Positions 9,390 to 18,763 of a DNA stretch of 64,000 bases are shown one piece after another. Each line of letters starts with the position of its first letter. Positions within the stretch are counted from its first letter, which is position 1. The stretch comes from a virus (taxonomy: Duplodnaviria; Caudoviricetes). The notes beneath the pieces were generated by a model. That model was not told the origin of the DNA and did no database searches. It saw only the letters and a program-made list of their open reading frames with translations. The position numbers and the translations under genes are program-made. The stretch covers positions 36,643 to 100,642 of the IMG/VR virus record IMGVR_UViG_2933073624_000001. One strand, 5' to 3'.

Positions 9390-10088
9390 ATGTTCCGCGA
9401 GACCGTCACCCACGCCGGCGGCGACACCGAAGGCACCGCCAGCGAGGCCCACGCCCTCATGCTGCTCCGCAGGGCCGCCCGACGCGGCTACGCCATCGAG
9501 GCCACCGCCCCCGGAGGCGCCCTCATCACCTGGACCTGCCACCAGCTCGGCGGCGTCGAGCACCGCTCCATCAGTCTCGTCCCCCAGATGCCCGTCGGCA
9601 CGCTCACCGACGCCGTCACCCGCGACCTCGGGCTGATCGCCGACCTGCGCCCCGTCGAGTACGTCTTCAACGACCACGGGCGCCGGATCATCCTCGCCGG
9701 GCTCACCGAGATCAGCGCCATGATGACCGCGACCCTCCGCGCCCGCCAGCTCGTCACCGAGCACCGCGGTACGGTCCGCCTCACCCTGACCGCCCGCCTC
9801 GGGCTGCTCGCCGCCGCGCACCGCACGACGACCACCGAGCCCGACAGCTGGTCCCGCCCCGCCGACGCCGGAATGGCCGCCCTCACGGCAGGGCTGAACC
9901 GGCCCGGCCGCCGCGCCGGGATGATCAACCGCACCGCCAGTGCCGCCACGTGCTCCTGCGGCCGACTCCGCGCCTTCGGCGGCGACCGCGCCGACGCCCG
10001 ACGCCTCGCCCGCGCCCACCGCCGCGACGCGGCCGCCTCGTTCGTCGAGGCCCTGCCCGTCAGCTTCACCACCGCCGTCACCGCCTGA
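9390..10088 (+). CDS. hypothetical protein (C-terminal CSCG...H)
   Basis: AAGGAG RBS. Confidence 0.7.
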   Translation: MFRETVTHAGGDTEGTASEAHALMLLRRAARRGYAIEATAPGGALITWTCHQLGGVEHRSISLVPQMPVGTLTDAVTRDLGLIADLRPVEYVFNDHGRRIILAGLTEISAMMTATLRARQLVTEHRGTVRLTLTARLGLLAAAHRTTTTEPDSWSRPADAGMAALTAGLNRPGRRAGMINRTASAATCSCGRLRAFGGDRADARRLARAHRRDAAASFVEALPVSFTTAVTA

Positions 10089-10108
10089 CCGAGTGAAAGG
10101 ACCGACCC

Positions 10109-10243
10109 GTGATCGACGAGCGCAAGCGTCCCAGCAGGCCCGCCGGCGAGTGGAGCACCAAGCGGTGCGAGAAGTGCGGCGAACAGGTCGAGGTCAGCCG
10201 CCACGGACTGCGCACGCTCTGCTCCTGCGACGCGGCCAAGTGA
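10109..10243 (+). CDS. small Zn-ribbon peptide (44 aa)
   Basis: GAAAGG RBS, GTG start, CEKC...CSC. Confidence 0.5.
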   Translation: MIDERKRPSRPAGEWSTKRCEKCGEQVEVSRHGLRTLCSCDAAK

Positions 10244-10300
10244 CCCCCGGGCAGCGTCCGGACGACCTCCGTCCGGACGCTGCTCGACCGTCCGGACAAG

Positions 10301-10380
10301 CCCTGACCTGCGGCTTTTCAGTCCGGACACCCGAAACCTCAGCGGGTCACACGCGTTGGACATAGTGACTACCCACTAAT
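10301..10380 (+). promoter_or_regulatory. class-A cassette copy 1 (TGACCTGC box, ECF-like promoter, operator)
   Basis: CTGACCTGC...GAAAC-N16-CGTTG-GACATAGTGACTACCCACTAA. Confidence 0.8.
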
Positions 10381-10422
10381 CACCCCGGACGGTGTCCGGA
10401 CAGCCCACAGGAGCTACCAGGG

Positions 10423-11601
10423 ATGACGACCCTCCCCCCTCCCAAGACCCCGACCGTGGCCATCGCGCGCGTCCTGCGCGGCCTCGGCCTCACCCAAGGA
10501 CGCGGCTGCGACTTCCGCGTCGAAGGCGACTACCGCAACGGCGAGCGGATCGGCACCTACGTCCTGGTCCTCACCCGCCACGCCGACGAGACGATCGCGG
10601 CCCACGCCGACGACATCGAGCGCCTGACCGGTGAGTCCGGCTGGGCGTTCCGCGTCTCCATCCGCTACCTGAGCGACACCGGCCGCCCGACGACCAGCGT
10701 CGCCAACTACGGCGACCGCGTCCGCCAAGAGCCCCCGGCCGCGGCACCCGAGCCCGAGCCGGTCGCGGCGGCCGACCCCGAGCCCACCCCGGACACCGCC
10801 GACGAGCCCCCGGCCCCCGAAGTCCCCGAGCCCGGCTCCCCCTCGGCCGGCTACTTCGCGGGCGCCCGCGTGCGGGCCTGGGGGCGCCAGCGCGCGAACG
10901 CGCTTCACTGGTCCGGCTCCCAGGCGTACCTGGTCGCCGCAGCGGCCACCGCCGGACTCAGCTACGACAAGAACGGAGTGCTCCGCGACCGGCCCCGGCC
11001 CGGCTGGACCGGAACCCCCGTCGACGAGACACGCCTCGCCCCGCTCGTGAAGGCCGGGTTCATCGCCGTCACCGAGCCCTACGGCCCCGGCTCCAAGCAG
11101 GTCGGCATCACCCGGGACGGCGCCGAGGCCCTGCACCTGTGGAGGATCTACCGGCCCACCCCCGTGGACAAGGACCGCAAGCAGGAACGCGAACCGCTCC
11201 GCCCGCTCCTCGGCGGCGAGTACGCCGCTCGCCGCGACCAGGCCGCCGCCGAGGACCAGCGGCGCCGCGAAGCCGAACGCGAAGCCCTGTACGCCGCCCT
11301 GGAGGAGCTGCACGCCTGGGAGGCCTGGGAGGACGCACGCTGGAAGGTGTGGGCCACCGTCAACGGCATCACCCACCGCCTCGGCCGCCGCGCCCCGTCC
11401 GGCTGGATGCCCACCGCCGAGGAGATCGAACTCCACCGCCTGGCCCCCGACGTCGTCGCCGGCCTCCACGCGGACGCCCTACGGCCCCGGCGCAAGCCCG
11501 AACTGCCCAAGACCACCCCGGCCCGGCCGCTCGACGTGACCCCGCTCCCAGCGATCCCCGCCGAGGCCGAGCAGCTCGACCTCTTCGGCGCCACCGCGTG
11601 A
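10423..11601 (+). CDS. hypothetical protein with C-terminal QLDLF motif
   Basis: AGGAG RBS; ends AEQLDLFGATA. Confidence 0.75.
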   Translation: MTTLPPPKTPTVAIARVLRGLGLTQGRGCDFRVEGDYRNGERIGTYVLVLTRHADETIAAHADDIERLTGESGWAFRVSIRYLSDTGRPTTSVANYGDRVRQEPPAAAPEPEPVAAADPEPTPDTADEPPAPEVPEPGSPSAGYFAGARVRAWGRQRANALHWSGSQAYLVAAAATAGLSYDKNGVLRDRPRPGWTGTPVDETRLAPLVKAGFIAVTEPYGPGSKQVGITRDGAEALHLWRIYRPTPVDKDRKQEREPLRPLLGGEYAARRDQAAAEDQRRREAEREALYAALEELHAWEAWEDARWKVWATVNGITHRLGRRAPSGWMPTAEEIELHRLAPDVVAGLHADALRPRRKPELPKTTPARPLDVTPLPAIPAEAEQLDLFGATA

Positions 11602-11669
11602 GCCCCGACACGCGCAAGCGCCCGTCGGCCTCCACTGCGGAGGCGGGCGGGCGCTCGTCGTCGCGTCCG

Positions 11670-12272
11670 TCAGCTGGCGTCCGTCGCCCTGGCCTTCCGT
11701 GCCAGGTCCTTTGCACTCTGGTGGCCGCCGGCGATGTCGTAGACACGCTGGCGCCCGACCCCCAGGTGGGGCGCCAGCTCCTCCGCTGTGTGCCCGGCGT
11801 CGAGGAGCGCTCGGGTCACGCGCTCCCGGGACTCGCGCAGCCACTTCTGGGCGGCGGGCGCATCCTTGAGTGTTCGGGTGAGCTTCTTCACCTGTGGGAT
11901 CGAAGGCAGGCCTTCGTCGAGTTCGGCGAGAGAGGCGAGGGGGCCGAACGACTCGGGGAGCTGGGTGGGGGCCTGCGCTCCGGCTCCTGCCTTCTTCGCG
12001 CGGGCCAGGGCCGCCGAGGTCAGGTGGCCGCTGGCGATGTCGGATACCCGCTGGACGCTGACCTCCATGTGGGGGGCCAGCTCCTTCCTGGTGACGGTTC
12101 CGGAGTCGAGCAGTGCCCGGGTGGTGTCCCTCCGTGTGTCGCGCAGCCATTTCATGAGGGTCGGCACGTCCTTGAGCGCGCGGGTCAGATCCTTCGCTTG
12201 CGAGACGGTGGGCTCGCCGGTCCCGAGAGGGGCGAGCCAGTCGAACGTGTCGGGGAGGGGTGTGCGGTCCAT
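11670..12272 (-). CDS. tandem-duplicated HTH transcriptional regulator (candidate repressor)
   Basis: two repeats each ending in HTH-like ELAPHMEVSVQRVSDIA / ELAPHLGVGRQRVYDIA; leaderless TAGGCT-N6-ATG. Confidence 0.8.
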   Translation of the reverse strand: MDRTPLPDTFDWLAPLGTGEPTVSQAKDLTRALKDVPTLMKWLRDTRRDTTRALLDSGTVTRKELAPHMEVSVQRVSDIASGHLTSAALARAKKAGAGAQAPTQLPESFGPLASLAELDEGLPSIPQVKKLTRTLKDAPAAQKWLRESRERVTRALLDAGHTAEELAPHLGVGRQRVYDIAGGHQSAKDLARKARATDAS

Positions 12273-12282
12273 ACCCGAAGCC

Positions 12283-12300
12283 TAGTGGGTGGACACTATG
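12283..12300 (-). promoter_or_regulatory. class-A operator copy overlapping the regulator's own -10
   Basis: reverse strand reads CATAGTGTCCACCCACTA-GGCT. Confidence 0.75.
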
Positions 12301-12340
12301 CCTTCGGGGGTCGCCCTGGCGATGGAGTGTGATAGTGGGG

Positions 12341-12437
12341 CCCTGACCTGCGGCTTTCTCGAAAAACTCCGATCTCTGGGCGTCAACCCGGAACCACATG
12401 GCCCGTACATGCGTTGTATATAGTGACTACCCAATAA
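12341..12437 (+). promoter_or_regulatory. class-A cassette copy 2
   Basis: CTGACCTGC...GGAAC-N17-CGTTG-TATATAGTGACTACCCAATAA. Confidence 0.8.
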
Positions 12438-12459
12438 CCTCCCATTCAAGGAGAACGCA

Positions 12460-13092
12460 ATGACCGCCACCGAGACCATCGCCATGTACACCGCCCGGGC
12501 CCTCAGCAAGGCCGCCACTGCCCGCGAGCGGCTGACCGAAGGCCTCGCCAACCGCAGCGTCCACCTGACCACCCTCATGGAGGCCGTCCTGATCGGCGAG
12601 GCCGAGGCCGCCCCCTGGGAGAAGCTCGCGAAGCGCATCGAGCGCCACGGCGTCCGCGAAGGCCTCGCCCAGCAGCGCGAAGAGGCCCTGGCGATCCTGC
12701 TCCAGTACGGCGGCCTCGGCGCGAGCACCAGCCTGGTCGTCAACGCGGCCCGCAACGCCGAGCACGACGGCCTGCGGCGCTTCCTCGCCCACACCGAGGG
12801 CCTCGAAGCCCAGGGCGAGCCCACCCCGGAGCCCGCGCCCGCCACCCCGGAGGCGACCGAGCTGGAGAAGTGCGGGCTGAGGGTCATCCGGGACACCTTC
12901 GTGGACCGCGTCGGCTACAAGAGCCGGGACGGCTGGCGCTACGCCACCAGCGTCCAGGGCATCAGGCTCGACACGAGCCTCGGCGACCTCCTGATCGGCC
13001 GCGGCTGGGCCGAGGTCGACGAGGGCAAGCCGCTCGCCCAGGGCCAGCGAGTCACTCTCACGGCCATCGGCCGCCACATCCTCGCCGACTGA
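12460..13092 (+). CDS. hypothetical protein, possible C-terminal winged helix
   Basis: AAGGAG RBS; LIGRGWAE...VTLTAIG. Confidence 0.7.
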   Translation: MTATETIAMYTARALSKAATARERLTEGLANRSVHLTTLMEAVLIGEAEAAPWEKLAKRIERHGVREGLAQQREEALAILLQYGGLGASTSLVVNAARNAEHDGLRRFLAHTEGLEAQGEPTPEPAPATPEATELEKCGLRVIRDTFVDRVGYKSRDGWRYATSVQGIRLDTSLGDLLIGRGWAEVDEGKPLAQGQRVTLTAIGRHILAD

Positions 13093-13153
13093 CCACCCCC
13101 GCCCCGGGCGGGACCAACCGGCCCCGCCCCGCCCCTCTGTCGAGGAGAACCCC

Positions 13154-13423
13154 GTGGACCCCATCACCACCCCCGCCCCGGAGCGCCCCGCCTGGCAGGT
13201 CGGCGACTACATCACCTGGCCCGGAAACCCGGACTGCTACCGGCTCGTCCACGTCGGCCGGTTCGCCATCACCTACGAGGCCCGCGACGGCGTACGCCAG
13301 GAGGCGGAGGAGACGGCCCTCCGGACCCTGGCCCAGGACACGGCCGACTGGCGGCCCGCCACCCCTGAGCAGATCGCCCGGCACCAGCGGCTCTACCGGC
13401 CCGCCCCGAGTAACTGGGAGTAG
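13154..13423 (+). CDS. hypothetical protein
   Basis: GAGGAG RBS, GTG start. Confidence 0.65.
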   Translation: MDPITTPAPERPAWQVGDYITWPGNPDCYRLVHVGRFAITYEARDGVRQEAEETALRTLAQDTADWRPATPEQIARHQRLYRPAPSNWE

Positions 13424-13432
13424 GCGCACCGC

Positions 13433-13520
13433 CTCTGACCTGCAACTTTCTCCGATCCCCCGGGATCCTCCCGGAACCACAAGGCCCCCACACGCGTTGT
13501 ACATAGTGACTACCCACTAA
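13433..13520 (+). promoter_or_regulatory. class-A cassette copy 3
   Basis: GGAAC-N17-CGTTG + ACATAGTGACTACCCACTAA. Confidence 0.8.
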
Positions 13521-13546
13521 CTCCACTCCTCACGGAAGGCCCACCC

Positions 13547-14128
13547 ATGTCCGTCCCCACCCGCTACGTCATCCCCGCCCGCGACATCCGCGAAGGCGAC
13601 GTCCTGCGCGGCTACTACCGGCCGGGCATCACCCTCGCCACCGCCGCCCGCCCCGGCGCCTACGCCGAGGACTGGTCGGACCTCGACCGGCGCCCCGACC
13701 TCCTCCCCATCCCCGACCGCGCGGCCCGCCCCGGCCCGGCCGCCTTCGACGAGTACGCCGTCACGCACATCACCGACGACAGCCCGGTGGTCGTCACCCG
13801 CGAGCCGATCTCGTACGTCCGCCGCGGCCACCTGCCCACCCCCGAGCAGAAGGAGGAGTTCACCGACGCCATCGGCAGGATCGCCGGATACGCGGCGGGC
13901 TCCCTCCACAAGACCTTCCCGGACCTCGACCTGGACGAGCTGATCCAGCGGTTCACCGGACCGGCCGCCTTCAACATGATCGGCACCCGCTACCTCAACG
14001 GCCTCCGCCGCGGCCTGACCCCCGCCGAGGCCGCCAGCGAGGCCGGGACCGCCCTGATCGACGGCTGGGCCGACGCCCGCCTGGAAGCGCGCGCCCTGCT
14101 CAACAGCCAGACGGCCGCCACCGCCTGA
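13547..14128 (+). CDS. hypothetical protein
   Basis: GGAAGG RBS, high GC3. Confidence 0.7.
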   Translation: MSVPTRYVIPARDIREGDVLRGYYRPGITLATAARPGAYAEDWSDLDRRPDLLPIPDRAARPGPAAFDEYAVTHITDDSPVVVTREPISYVRRGHLPTPEQKEEFTDAIGRIAGYAAGSLHKTFPDLDLDELIQRFTGPAAFNMIGTRYLNGLRRGLTPAEAASEAGTALIDGWADARLEARALLNSQTAATA

Positions 14129-14181
14129 CCCTCACCCCGGGCGGGGCCACCCGGCCCCGCCCCTCCAAGGAAGGAACCCGC

Positions 14182-14481
14182 GTGACCACCACCGACACCC
14201 TGCCCCTGGCCCTCGCGGCCGTCACCCACACCCTCAGGACCGTCACCCCGGACGCCCCGCTCACCGCCGGCGACCTGGAGGAGATCGCCTTCACCGAGGC
14301 CTGGAAGCTCGATGACCCCGAGGCCGGGATCTACGGCCACGACCTCGCGCGCGCCGTCCTTGAGGCCCTGCCCCCTCTGGCGGCCGGTATCTCCCGGCAC
14401 CGGTACGCGGTGATGGCGGCCGGTGTCCCCGACTGCCTGATCGCTTCCCCGCCCCTGCACCTCGACTGGTCCGCCGCCTGA
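14182..14481 (+). CDS. hypothetical protein
   Basis: AAGGAAGG RBS, GTG start. Confidence 0.6.
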   Translation: MTTTDTLPLALAAVTHTLRTVTPDAPLTAGDLEEIAFTEAWKLDDPEAGIYGHDLARAVLEALPPLAAGISRHRYAVMAAGVPDCLIASPPLHLDWSAA

Positions 14482-14516
14482 CCCGCCCACCCACCACCCG
14501 GAAGGAAGGCCACAGC

Positions 14517-17500
14517 ATGGCCGACATCACGATCACCCACACACGGCCCGACGGCACGACCCTGGGCGGCTCCAGCAAGGGAGACGGCGTCTACGAGATC
14601 GTCCGGCAGCACGGCTTCAAGTACTCCAGGAATGTCGGCATCTACATCCGAGGCTCCCGCGACAAGGAGGCGCAGCACTGGAGGATCAACGGCGCGGCCG
14701 AAGCCCTGCGCGCGGCCGGCCACACGGTCGAGGTCGAGATCAACGAGGAGGACGAGCGCTCGTTCGCCGAGATCGAGGCCGCCCGCGAGGAACGCGCCGA
14801 GGACCGCGCCGAGCGGTTCGCCGACCGCGCGGACCGGGCCTCCGCCGAGTCCAACGCCCGATACGAGCGGGCAAAGGACATCGGCCGCCGCTTCGAGTTC
14901 GGGCAGCCGATCCTCGTCGGCCACCACTCGGAGCGCCGCGCCCGCCGGGACCAGGAGCGTATGCACGACAACATGCGCAAGTCGATCGAAGAGCAGGACA
15001 AGGCCGGGTACTGGTCCGACCGGGCCGAGGCCGCCGGCTCGTACAAGGAGCGCCGGAACGACACGTACGTCACCCTGCGGCGCCTGGAGAAGCTGGGCGC
15101 CGACCTCCGCAGGCAGCAGCGGTACCACGCGGAAGCTGTCGCGAAAGGCTGCGACTCCGCCGACCGGCACGCGCGCGAGATCCGGGACCTGGAGAAGGAG
15201 ATCGCGCACTGGGAGGAGGTCGTCGAGAAGGCGAAGGGGGATGGCGTGAAGGTCTGGGGCCCGGAGGACTTCGCCCCGGGCGACTACGTCATGTACTACG
15301 GCACGTCCTGGTATCAGGTGTCACGGGTCAACCCGAAGACGCTGAGCGTCGCGTGGAACCTGCGGCTTGAGCCCAAGGCGGTGATGAGCCTGGAGGACGC
15401 CACCGACGGTGGCCGGACCTGGACGCACTCGGCCAGCTACACCAACGTTCATGCCCGCTGCCCCGAGGAAGCGATGAACGCCTTCCTGGCCGACGGGAAG
15501 GTCCCCGGCCGCAAGGCGGCCCACGCCGCCTCGGAGAAGCAGCCAGCGGCAGCGGTACGCGAGGCCCAGGCCGCGAAGCCGAAGCCGAAGAAGCCGACCA
15601 GCGACCCGAAGGTGCCGAAGAAGCTGCTGGTGGCGTTCCAGCAGCTGGGCACCGTGGCCGAGGTGACGTGGCTCAACGGCGGCAGCCGCCCGCACAAGGA
15701 CTTCCAGCAGGTGACGATCGCGCCGCCCGACGGAAAGCAGTTCCCCCGCTCGGTCTGGTCCCCGGCCCTCCAGGAGGAGTTGGCCCGCATCCTCGGGGAG
15801 CAGGGCTACGAGCTGCACGGCAGCGACTGGGAGTGGAACCGCAGCCGACAGGGCTACATCCGAGCGCTGAGGCCCAAGCCGCAGAAGACGCCCGAGCCGG
15901 AGCAGCCGACCACACCGACCGAGGAGCAGCCGGCTCCGCCCGCCAGCGAAGAGCCCCCGGCCACCGGCCCGGAGGGGAAGCCGGAGCCGGAGGAGTCGAC
16001 CGCCCCGGCCGAGGAGCCCCCGGCCGACGAGCCGGGGGAGACCCCGGAAGGGGGCGGAGAGCCCCAGCAAGGGGGCGAAAACACCGCCCTGACCTGCGAT
16101 TCTTCCGGATCCACCCGGAACCACAAGATCGCCTCACGCGTTGGTAATAGTGACTACCCACTAACACCATCCACCCAGGAGGCCCCGGTGACCGAGACCG
16201 AAAAGTACGGACGCCCCCTCACCCCTCGCGAGCGCAAGGCCGCCCAAGCGGCCGAGCTGCGTGAGCGCGCCGCCCAGCGAGAGGAGGTCGAGCGCACGGC
16301 CGAACTGGACACGGCCTACCGGGCGTACGTGGACGAGGGCATCGCCATGACCGACGGTGTTTACGTCCCGCTCGACTTCCAGGCCTGGGCCGCCACCCTG
16401 GGCGCCCCCCTGGTTGCAGCCGCGGCCGCCGAAGAGCCGACCGCCGACCAGGAGCAGGAGACGACCGCGCCCCCCGAGGTCGCCGAGGTCGCCGCCGAGC
16501 CCCAGCCGGAGGAGAAGGCCCCGGCCCAGGAGGCGCCCGCCAAGAAGGCTCCGGCCGAGAAGAGGCCCGCCCGGAAGGCCCCGGCGAAGAAGGCGCCGGC
16601 GAAGAAGACCCCGGCCCCGAAGGAGACGGCCGCCCCGCAGAAGGCCGCCGGGCTCAAGACCGTCCACAAGCGGGTGCCGGTCGACCGGATCGACCGCGAC
16701 CCCTCCCAGCCGCGCCAGGTCTTCGACCAGGAGAAGCTGGAGGAACTGGCCGGTTCGATGAAGCGGCTCGGCCAGCTCCAGCCGGTCAGCGTCCGCTACG
16801 TCCCCTCGACCAAGCGCTACGTGCTCGTCATGGGCGAGCGCCGGTGGCGGGCCGCCCAGCTCGCCGAGATCGTCGAACTCGACGCGGTCGTTACCCACGG
16901 CTTCGAGGAAGGGGACCGCGAGATCCTGGCCCGTCAGGTCGCCGAGAACGTCGGCCGGGCGGACATGACCCCGATGGAGGAGGCCGAGTCGTTCAAGCGG
17001 CTGGTCGACGCCGAGTACACCATCGACCAGGTCTCCGAGATGGTCGGCAAGTCGGCGAGCTACATCGGCTGGCGCATCGATCTCCTGCGACTGTGCGACT
17101 CCGCCCGCGAGGCCGTGAGCAAGGGGCACCTGACCGTCGGCCTCGCCTGGTACGTGTCCCTGCTCAACACCGACAACCAGATGCGGTTCCTCGTCCGGCA
17201 CACCCGGGGCGAGTTCAAGAGCGTCCGGGACGCCGAGGCCTTCGCCCAGGCCGCTCGCGCGGAGGAGAAGCGAGTGGAGGAGCAGGGCTCCTTCTTCGTC
17301 CTCTCCGAGGAGGCCGCCACCGACAGGGGCGGGCAGGACGCGCTGCCCGGCTCCCTGGACATCCCGGAGTCGGAGCGCGAGAAGATCATGGGCGATCGCG
17401 CCAAGCTCGTCGGCCGGATCGACAAGCTGAGCATCGCCGGCGAGATCCTGTCCGAGCTGGCGAACGCCGACCCGGAGACCCTGGCGCTCCTGCTCGCCGG

Positions 17501-17660
17501 TACCCCCGGCGGAGTCCCCGGGCACGCGCAGCGGATCGAGCACCTGCGGGAGCTGACCCTGCGGGCCACGAAGAACCTCCGCCAGGCCCAGGCCATCGCG
17601 GCCGTACGGGCCTCGGGCATTCAGATCGACCCGGAGGCCGTCGCCATGCCCGCCGCATAG
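14517..17660 (+). CDS. DUF3560 protein read through in frame into ParB
   Basis: GQPILVGHHSERRARR DUF3560 signature; no stop before ParB. Confidence 0.7.
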   Translation: MADITITHTRPDGTTLGGSSKGDGVYEIVRQHGFKYSRNVGIYIRGSRDKEAQHWRINGAAEALRAAGHTVEVEINEEDERSFAEIEAAREERAEDRAERFADRADRASAESNARYERAKDIGRRFEFGQPILVGHHSERRARRDQERMHDNMRKSIEEQDKAGYWSDRAEAAGSYKERRNDTYVTLRRLEKLGADLRRQQRYHAEAVAKGCDSADRHAREIRDLEKEIAHWEEVVEKAKGDGVKVWGPEDFAPGDYVMYYGTSWYQVSRVNPKTLSVAWNLRLEPKAVMSLEDATDGGRTWTHSASYTNVHARCPEEAMNAFLADGKVPGRKAAHAASEKQPAAAVREAQAAKPKPKKPTSDPKVPKKLLVAFQQLGTVAEVTWLNGGSRPHKDFQQVTIAPPDGKQFPRSVWSPALQEELARILGEQGYELHGSDWEWNRSRQGYIRALRPKPQKTPEPEQPTTPTEEQPAPPASEEPPATGPEGKPEPEESTAPAEEPPADEPGETPEGGGEPQQGGENTALTCDSSGSTRNHKIASRVGNSDYPLTPSTQEAPVTETEKYGRPLTPRERKAAQAAELRERAAQREEVERTAELDTAYRAYVDEGIAMTDGVYVPLDFQAWAATLGAPLVAAAAAEEPTADQEQETTAPPEVAEVAAEPQPEEKAPAQEAPAKKAPAEKRPARKAPAKKAPAKKTPAPKETAAPQKAAGLKTVHKRVPVDRIDRDPSQPRQVFDQEKLEELAGSMKRLGQLQPVSVRYVPSTKRYVLVMGERRWRAAQLAEIVELDAVVTHGFEEGDREILARQVAENVGRADMTPMEEAESFKRLVDAEYTIDQVSEMVGKSASYIGWRIDLLRLCDSAREAVSKGHLTVGLAWYVSLLNTDNQMRFLVRHTRGEFKSVRDAEAFAQAARAEEKRVEEQGSFFVLSEEAATDRGGQDALPGSLDIPESEREKIMGDRAKLVGRIDKLSIAGEILSELANADPETLALLLAGTPGGVPGHAQRIEHLRELTLRATKNLRQAQAIAAVRASGIQIDPEAVAMPAA
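16087..16164 (+). promoter_or_regulatory. class-A cassette copy 4 (inside the ORF)
   Basis: GGAAC-N17-CGTTG-GTAATAGTGACTACCCACTAA then AGGAGG and GTG 16188. Confidence 0.8.
16188..17660 (+). CDS. parB: ParB/RepB/Spo0J-family protein with histone-like PAKK region
   Basis: QPR..F...L.ELA.S...GQLQPV, GERRWRAA, EN..R.DMTPMEEA, HTH. Confidence 0.85.
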   Translation: MTETEKYGRPLTPRERKAAQAAELRERAAQREEVERTAELDTAYRAYVDEGIAMTDGVYVPLDFQAWAATLGAPLVAAAAAEEPTADQEQETTAPPEVAEVAAEPQPEEKAPAQEAPAKKAPAEKRPARKAPAKKAPAKKTPAPKETAAPQKAAGLKTVHKRVPVDRIDRDPSQPRQVFDQEKLEELAGSMKRLGQLQPVSVRYVPSTKRYVLVMGERRWRAAQLAEIVELDAVVTHGFEEGDREILARQVAENVGRADMTPMEEAESFKRLVDAEYTIDQVSEMVGKSASYIGWRIDLLRLCDSAREAVSKGHLTVGLAWYVSLLNTDNQMRFLVRHTRGEFKSVRDAEAFAQAARAEEKRVEEQGSFFVLSEEAATDRGGQDALPGSLDIPESEREKIMGDRAKLVGRIDKLSIAGEILSELANADPETLALLLAGTPGGVPGHAQRIEHLRELTLRATKNLRQAQAIAAVRASGIQIDPEAVAMPAA

Positions 17661-17674
17661 TGACTACCCACCAA
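17656..17674 (+). promoter_or_regulatory. isolated class-A operator overlapping parB stop
   Basis: CATAGTGACTACCCACCAA; its TAG is the parB stop. Confidence 0.65.
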
Positions 17675-17819
17675 GGGGTCGCTCCCGGGAGATGAGCGGC
17701 CCCGACCCCCTACCACCCCCCGGGGCCCCGCGGCCGCCACAGCGCCCCTCACGGCCACCGCGACAGCCGCCAGGGCCCCGGGCCCCATCCCACCCGTCAC
17801 GCAACCCCAGGAGGAACCC

Positions 17820-18644
17820 GTGCGCTTCCACCCGACCGTCCTCGCCACCCTCGCCGACCCCCGCACCGAGATCCGCGGCGACCTCGTGCGCGTCCCCTTC
17901 GAGCTCGACCGCGACGTCTACGAGCGGATGAACCAGACCCTCAAGGACATGGGCGGCCACTGGGACGGCCGCAAGGCTGTCCGCGCGCACGTCTTCCCGC
18001 ACCGGATCGAAGAGCACCTGCGCCAGTGCCTCGCCGCCGGCGAGTACCCCTCCCGCTACGACACCGGCTGGTTCCCCACCCCGCCCGCCCTCGCCGTCCA
18101 GGTCTGCGACCTGGCGGGCATCCGGACCGGGGACACCGTCCTGGAGCCCTCGGCCGGCTCCGGCGCCCTCACCGCCGAGATCGCCCGCCGCGGCGGCGTC
18201 ATCGACGCCGTCGAGTCCGACGAGTTCCGCGCGGACATGCTCCGCCAGCAGGGCGACTGCCGCCGCGTCTATGCCGCCGACTTCCTCACGCTGGACCCGC
18301 TGGAGTACGAGGAGGGCTTCGACCGGGTCGTCATGAACCCGCCCTTCACCGGCGGCCTGGACCACATCCTTCACGCGCTCCAGTTCATGAAGGACGACGG
18401 CGTCCTGGTCTCCATCATGACCGCGGGGCTCATGTGGTGGAGCGACAGGAAGAGCGAGGACTTCCGCAGCGCGGTCGAGGAGGTCGGCGGCGAGATCGAG
18501 GCCCTGCCCGACGACTCGTTCGCCGTCTGCGGCACGAACGTCCGGACCTGCCTGCTGTTCCTCCCGGGCTACGCCGGGGGGCCGCTCCGGACTCACGACT
18601 GGCTGATGCGGCAGCCCCGGCAGCTCGACCTGTTCGCCGCGTAG
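17820..18644 (+). CDS. amino (N6-adenine-type) DNA methyltransferase
   Basis: FPTP, VLEPSAGSG (motif I), VVMNPPF (motif IV); ends QLDLFAA. Confidence 0.85.
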   Translation: MRFHPTVLATLADPRTEIRGDLVRVPFELDRDVYERMNQTLKDMGGHWDGRKAVRAHVFPHRIEEHLRQCLAAGEYPSRYDTGWFPTPPALAVQVCDLAGIRTGDTVLEPSAGSGALTAEIARRGGVIDAVESDEFRADMLRQQGDCRRVYAADFLTLDPLEYEEGFDRVVMNPPFTGGLDHILHALQFMKDDGVLVSIMTAGLMWWSDRKSEDFRSAVEEVGGEIEALPDDSFAVCGTNVRTCLLFLPGYAGGPLRTHDWLMRQPRQLDLFAA

Positions 18645-18646
18645 GC

Positions 18647-18734
18647 CTCTGACCTGCAACTTTCTCCGATTCCCCGGGATCAACCCGGAACCACACGGGT
18701 CTCACCAGCGTTGGACATAGTGACTACCCACTAA
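18647..18734 (+). promoter_or_regulatory. class-A cassette copy 5
   Basis: same architecture, N17 spacer. Confidence 0.8.
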
Positions 18735-18763
18735 CTCAACACCTCACCAGAGAGGCCCACACC

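Noticed and set aside
16520-16650. PAKKA repeats
   Set aside because: Common histone-like low-complexity linker in actinobacterial DNA-binding proteins
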